64,000 bases of DNA from an uncultured Planctomycetota bacterium. Lineage in GTDB: Bacteria > Planctomycetota > Planctomycetia > Isosphaerales > Isosphaeraceae. The translations under genes were made by a program, and so were the position numbers. The stretch spans positions 640,001 to 704,000 of the forward strand of contig CAWJTV010000034.1 in the NCBI GenBank assembly GCA_963845755.1. The letters are read 5' to 3'. Numbering within the stretch: the first letter of the stretch is position 1; each line of letters opens with the position of its first letter. Shown here piece after piece: positions 60,144 to 64,000 of this stretch. The notes below the pieces were generated by a model. The model was not told the origin of the DNA. It did not search any database and saw nothing but the letters and a program-made list of their open reading frames with translations.

Positions 60144-61865
60144 ATGCTGCGAATCGCACGCCACCCACTCCGCGTCGCCCGATTCCTCCTGCTGGCCGTG
60201 GTCTGCGCACTGATCGGTGTCGCGCTGGTGCTGACGCGAGATGGGGTGAACTGGATCGGCCCCCTCCGATTTCTGGTGCGTCGGGCGGCGATCGGGGTGC
60301 TGGGGACGATGCTTGCGGGGTACCTTGCGGTGTTCCCGACGGCCGTGGCGAGTACGGTTCTCTCCGGATGGATGGTCTGGCGATCTGGACGGGCGGGGAC
60401 GAATCGGGCCGGATTCGGCAGGTTCAGGTTGTCCCGGTCGGCCGCCTTACGGTGGCTGCTCCTCTCCAGCTCGACGGTTGTCGGACTCGCCCTGGTGGAG
60501 GCAGCCTCGGCGGCCTGGCTGGCGTGGATCCATCGCCTGCCGGCGTTGGCGGACCGGCAAGTCAGGCCGGCGCGAACGGGCATCGAGGTGTCGATCGTGG
60601 TGATCGGCGGTTCGAGCGCCCTGGGCGTGCCGTACGAGGGATGGCTTTCCGTGGGAACGATCGTCGGCCGCGAACTCGGCCGGGCGATCCCGAACCGACG
60701 GTTCCGGGTCGAGATCCTGGCGAAACGCGGGGCGACCCTGGAAGATCAGCATCGGGAACTGGCCCGACGGCTCCACGGGCCGGATGTCTTGATCGTCTAT
60801 TCGGGGCACAACGAGTTCGTGACCCGGTTCTCCTGGTTGCATCGGACGGCCTACTACCTTGACGATTCGTTCGCCGGCCGCCACTGGGACGCGCTTCAGC
60901 AACTGTCCGGAGTCTCGCCGCTGTTCCGACTGCTCCGGGAAAACCTGGAGAGGCAGCGCGTCGGACTGATCCCGACGCGGGTGTTTGGTCCTCGGGAGAC
61001 GCTCGTGGGCCGGCCCGTATACACGACCGACGAGAGGTCCGCCATCGAGGACGACTTTCGGCACCGGCTGGAATCGATCGTCGCGGACTGCGAGCGGATC
61101 GGTTGCCTGCCTGTCCTGATCGTTCCCGCCAGCCGCGACTCCTGGGACCCGAATCAATCGTATGGGGCCGCCTCGATGTCGCTAACGCAGCGCGAAGCGC
61201 TGTTCCGACAAATGACGGCGATCCGCCTTCGGGAGGTCGAAGACCCAGCCGATGCACTGGCCGGTTATCGAGACATCCTCGACGATCAACCGACGCTGGC
61301 CGAGGCGCACTACCGGCTGGCGCGTCGGCTCGAGTCGGCCGGGTCGTTCGCCGAGGCCAGGCACCACTACGTCCTGGCCCGCGATTGCGACGGCCTGCCG
61401 ATGCGCTGCACCACGTCGCTGGAAGACGCCTATCGCGTCGCAGCGGAGCGGTCGTCCCACGCGATCCTGATCGACGGCCCGGCGGTCCTGAGGGCTCGCT
61501 CACTCCACGGCATCCTCGACGATGTCTGGTTTCACGACAACGTCCACCCGACGCTCCGCGGTCATGTCGCGCTCGCCGAGGCGGTGCTCGGCCATCTGAA
61601 AGTCCACCGGGCCCTGGATTGGCCGGAGTCCCTCGTCGCCCCGGTGCTGGATTCCGCCCGCTGTGCCGTCGAGTTTGGCCTCGACCCCCGGGCCTGGGCC
61701 ACTGTCTGCGATCGGACGGTCAACCAGCTCAACCTGATCGCGCTGGTCCCTTTCGATCCGGCCGAACGGATCCGGCTTCGCGATCGCTACGCCATCGCCG
61801 CCGACCGGATCCGCGCCGGGACACGGCCGGAGGACGCCGGCATCCCCGGTGCCACCTCCAATTAA
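60144..61865 (+). CDS. membrane-anchored SGNH/GDSL-like protein with TPR
   Basis: TM helices; GGSSALG, YSGHNEF, FHDNVHPTLRGH. Confidence 0.75.
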   Translation: MLRIARHPLRVARFLLLAVVCALIGVALVLTRDGVNWIGPLRFLVRRAAIGVLGTMLAGYLAVFPTAVASTVLSGWMVWRSGRAGTNRAGFGRFRLSRSAALRWLLLSSSTVVGLALVEAASAAWLAWIHRLPALADRQVRPARTGIEVSIVVIGGSSALGVPYEGWLSVGTIVGRELGRAIPNRRFRVEILAKRGATLEDQHRELARRLHGPDVLIVYSGHNEFVTRFSWLHRTAYYLDDSFAGRHWDALQQLSGVSPLFRLLRENLERQRVGLIPTRVFGPRETLVGRPVYTTDERSAIEDDFRHRLESIVADCERIGCLPVLIVPASRDSWDPNQSYGAASMSLTQREALFRQMTAIRLREVEDPADALAGYRDILDDQPTLAEAHYRLARRLESAGSFAEARHHYVLARDCDGLPMRCTTSLEDAYRVAAERSSHAILIDGPAVLRARSLHGILDDVWFHDNVHPTLRGHVALAEAVLGHLKVHRALDWPESLVAPVLDSARCAVEFGLDPRAWATVCDRTVNQLNLIALVPFDPAERIRLRDRYAIAADRIRAGTRPEDAGIPGATSN

Positions 61866-62430
61866 ACGTCCTATGGGTTCCTAAGGTGGGACGAAATCTC
61901 GGAACCCCTGACACCCGGCTGCCTTCCCGAATTGTCGGTACTCCGCCGGCAAGACGTCCCCGCGACCGCGAACCCTGCGGATCATCGAATCGCTCGTCTC
62001 GGGAGTAGAAAAAATCGACCTTTCATCAGACAATCGTTAGTGGGACCATGCGAAACGTCAAACCCGGAGCCGGGCATGGCAACATGATCGACGGGAGCAC
62101 GCGAGATTAAGACACCAATGACATATGGATTTCATTGGTAAGCCTAAAAGGGAGCGGAAAGCGTCGACCGCTGACCTAACGACCTGGGCATCAAGACAAT
62201 GCGTTCGCGAGGGGGAGGATTCTCGGCGGCACAGCGTTCGCTGTACGGTATCGTCAAGTTTTTGTGACAGGGCGAGCGTTGATGGTAGGAGGACTGATTG
62301 CTGATATCGCTTATCGGGCCTATGCTTAGGGAAAGATTGAGAGTGATTTGCCGACATGGTAAACTCGCGGCAGATCGATCCCTTGGCGACGTGGTTTTCC
62401 CGCTGTGATGATGCAGCTTCAGGATAATTC

Positions 62431-64000
62431 ATGCTGGATCCACAGACATCGCGATTCTGGCAGGCGGCCGTCCTCAGCAGTTTGATGGACGTGGAGAGCC
62501 TCACTCGCTGCTGGAACGCCATCCCATCGAGTAAGCGGGAGGCCGCGGAGCACATCGACCGCCGGCTGGCGCGGCAGGCGGTCCAGTCGCGCACCTTGAC
62601 GCTCTGGCAGGCGCAACAGCTCCTGGCAGGTCGGACCAGCGGGTTCAAGGTGGACCGTTACGTGTTGCTGGACTTGATCGGCCAAGGGGGGATGGGCCGA
62701 GTCTACCTGGCGCGGGACACGCGTCTGAACCGCCGGGTGGCGTTGAAGATCCTGTCGCCCGAGCGAATCAACAATCCCCGGGCGGTCGCCCGGTTCCAGC
62801 GCGAGGCAAGGGTCGGTGCCCAGTTGCAGCACGAGAACCTCGTGCGCGTCTACGACTTCGGCGAATCGAACGGCCGATACTTCCTCGTCATGGAATATAT
62901 CGAGGGCCGGACGATCGGCCACTTGATCTCCGAACAGGGGCCATTGCCCGCGGGAACGGCGGTGCGGCTGGTCCGGCAGGTGGCCTTGGGGCTGAGTCAT
63001 GCCCACAACAAGGGTCTGATCCATCGGGACGTCAACCCTTACAACATCATGGTCACCCACGACGAGACCGCCAAGCTGGCCGACCTGGGACTGGCGATCG
63101 ACTTGACCGAAGATGCGCCGCGTCACGAAGGACGGGGCGACCGTGGGCACATTCGACTATGTCGCCCCCGAGCAGGCGCGGCATTCCCATGCCGCCGACA
63201 TCCGGAGCGATATCTACTCGCTAGGGTGCACGCTGTATCACATGCTCTCTGGTCAGGTCCCATTCCCCACTCCGAGCTTGCCCGCGAAGCTTTTCGGACA
63301 CCAGGCGCTGGAGGCGAAGCCCGTGGAGACCCTGGTCTCCGGTGTGCCCGCGGGACTGGCCGAGGTGGTGCGCACGATGATGCGCAAGTCGCCCGACGAG
63401 CGATACGCGACGCCGATGCAGGTGGCGCAGGCCCTCGAGCCCTACCTGGACGAGTATGCGGAAGTGGGACTTCGCGGCGACGGTGCGATGCGGTCGTCCC
63501 CCCCGCCGGGTACCCAGGCCTCGCCCCATCCGGACGAGGGCCGCATCGCGTCCGGCGAGGCAGCCACGCCGACCGCGGCGTCGTCGCGGTCCGACGAGGA
63601 CGGGACCGTCGCCCTCTCCCGATCCGACGCCCAGCCGGGTTCCGCCGCACTGAGTCCCCCGGTCGTTCCCGTCACCTTGGTGCGAGGTTCCGGTGCGACG
63701 GACGAAGACAGCACTCAGTCCTCTTCTTCCTCCGACCTCGACAGCCCGGCGCTTCCCTTGCTTACCCCGGTGAACGACGTCGTCGAGGATGGCGACACCG
63801 GCTCGATCGTCATCGACCTGGGTCCCGAGCCGCCGCTGAGCGATCGGCTGGCGCGGTCCAAGTCGCGATCCCCGGCCGCCGCGCCCGGCCTCCATCCTCT
63901 GCTGGACCCGCTGCTCGACGGGAAAGACGCGAGGCCCACGAACTCGACGTCGCACGGATCGACGTGGTGGTCGCCGGTGTATTCGCCCTGGGGAATCGTC
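62431..64000 (+). CDS. Ser/Thr protein kinase (frameshift ~63120; runs off window)
   Basis: Translated by hand: MLDPQTSRFW..IGQGGMGRVYLA, VALKIL, HRDVNPYN, DLGLA; shifted frame GTFDYVAPEQ, DIYSLG; absent from ORF track. Confidence 0.88.
   Translation, partial: MLDPQTSRFWQAAVLSSLMDVESLTRCWNAIPSSKREAAEHIDRRLARQAVQSRTLTLWQAQQLLAGRTSGFKVDRYVLLDLIGQGGMGRVYLARDTRLNRRVALKILSPERINNPRAVARFQREARVGAQLQHENLVRVYDFGESNGRYFLVMEYIEGRTIGHLISEQGPLPAGTAVRLVRQVALGLSHAHNKGLIHRDVNPYNIMVTHDETAKLADLGLAIDLTEDAPRHEGRGDRGHIRLCRPRAGAAFPCRRHPERYLLARVHAVSHALWSGPIPHSELAREAFRTPGAGGEARGDPGLRCARGTGRGGAHDDAQVARRAIRDADAGGAGPRALPGRVCGSGTSRRRCDAVVPPAGYPGLAPSGRGPHRVRRGSHADRGVVAVRRGRDRRPLPIRRPAGFRRTESPGRSRHLGARFRCDGRRQHSVLFFLRPRQPGASLAYPGERRRRGWRHRLDRHRPGSRAAAERSAGAVQVAIPGRRARPPSSAGPAARRERREAHELDVARIDVVVAGVFALGNR

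Overview
GC-rich bacterial window that looks planctomycete (probably Isosphaeraceae-like; inferred from gene content, not from a marker gene). Evidence includes DUF1501 + DUF1549/DUF1553, LExRxLL export motifs, three PEP-CTERM genes, an ECF sigma/Ser-Thr kinase pair and a multiheme-TPR protein. ftsY and nusB are the only clear housekeeping genes. The rest is accessory and heavily colonised by mobile DNA: an IS66 with 8-bp TSD plus a second IS66 fragment, a ~1 kb DDE IS inside a REP palindrome inside a MITE, ISL3, an IS4 inserted into domain V of a group II intron remnant, an IS4-type MITE and a DUF6788+transposase element. About 14 genes show single-base frameshifts, probably long-read indel errors, so they were reconstructed across frames. 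The most unusual signal is a short inverted-repeat element at 196-620 whose ends are amplified as nested duplications with a fixed end point; related arms recur at ~1990 and ~38370. Other candidates: a DUF6599-DUF362-[Uma2]-polyferredoxin operon, a GNH(A/I)GT-repeat secreted peptide with an in-frame amber, DUF5131 without its usual partner, and a MetOD1-hybrid kinase pair. No rRNA, tRNA or CRISPR seen. All family names come from motif recognition by eye; no database searches were run.
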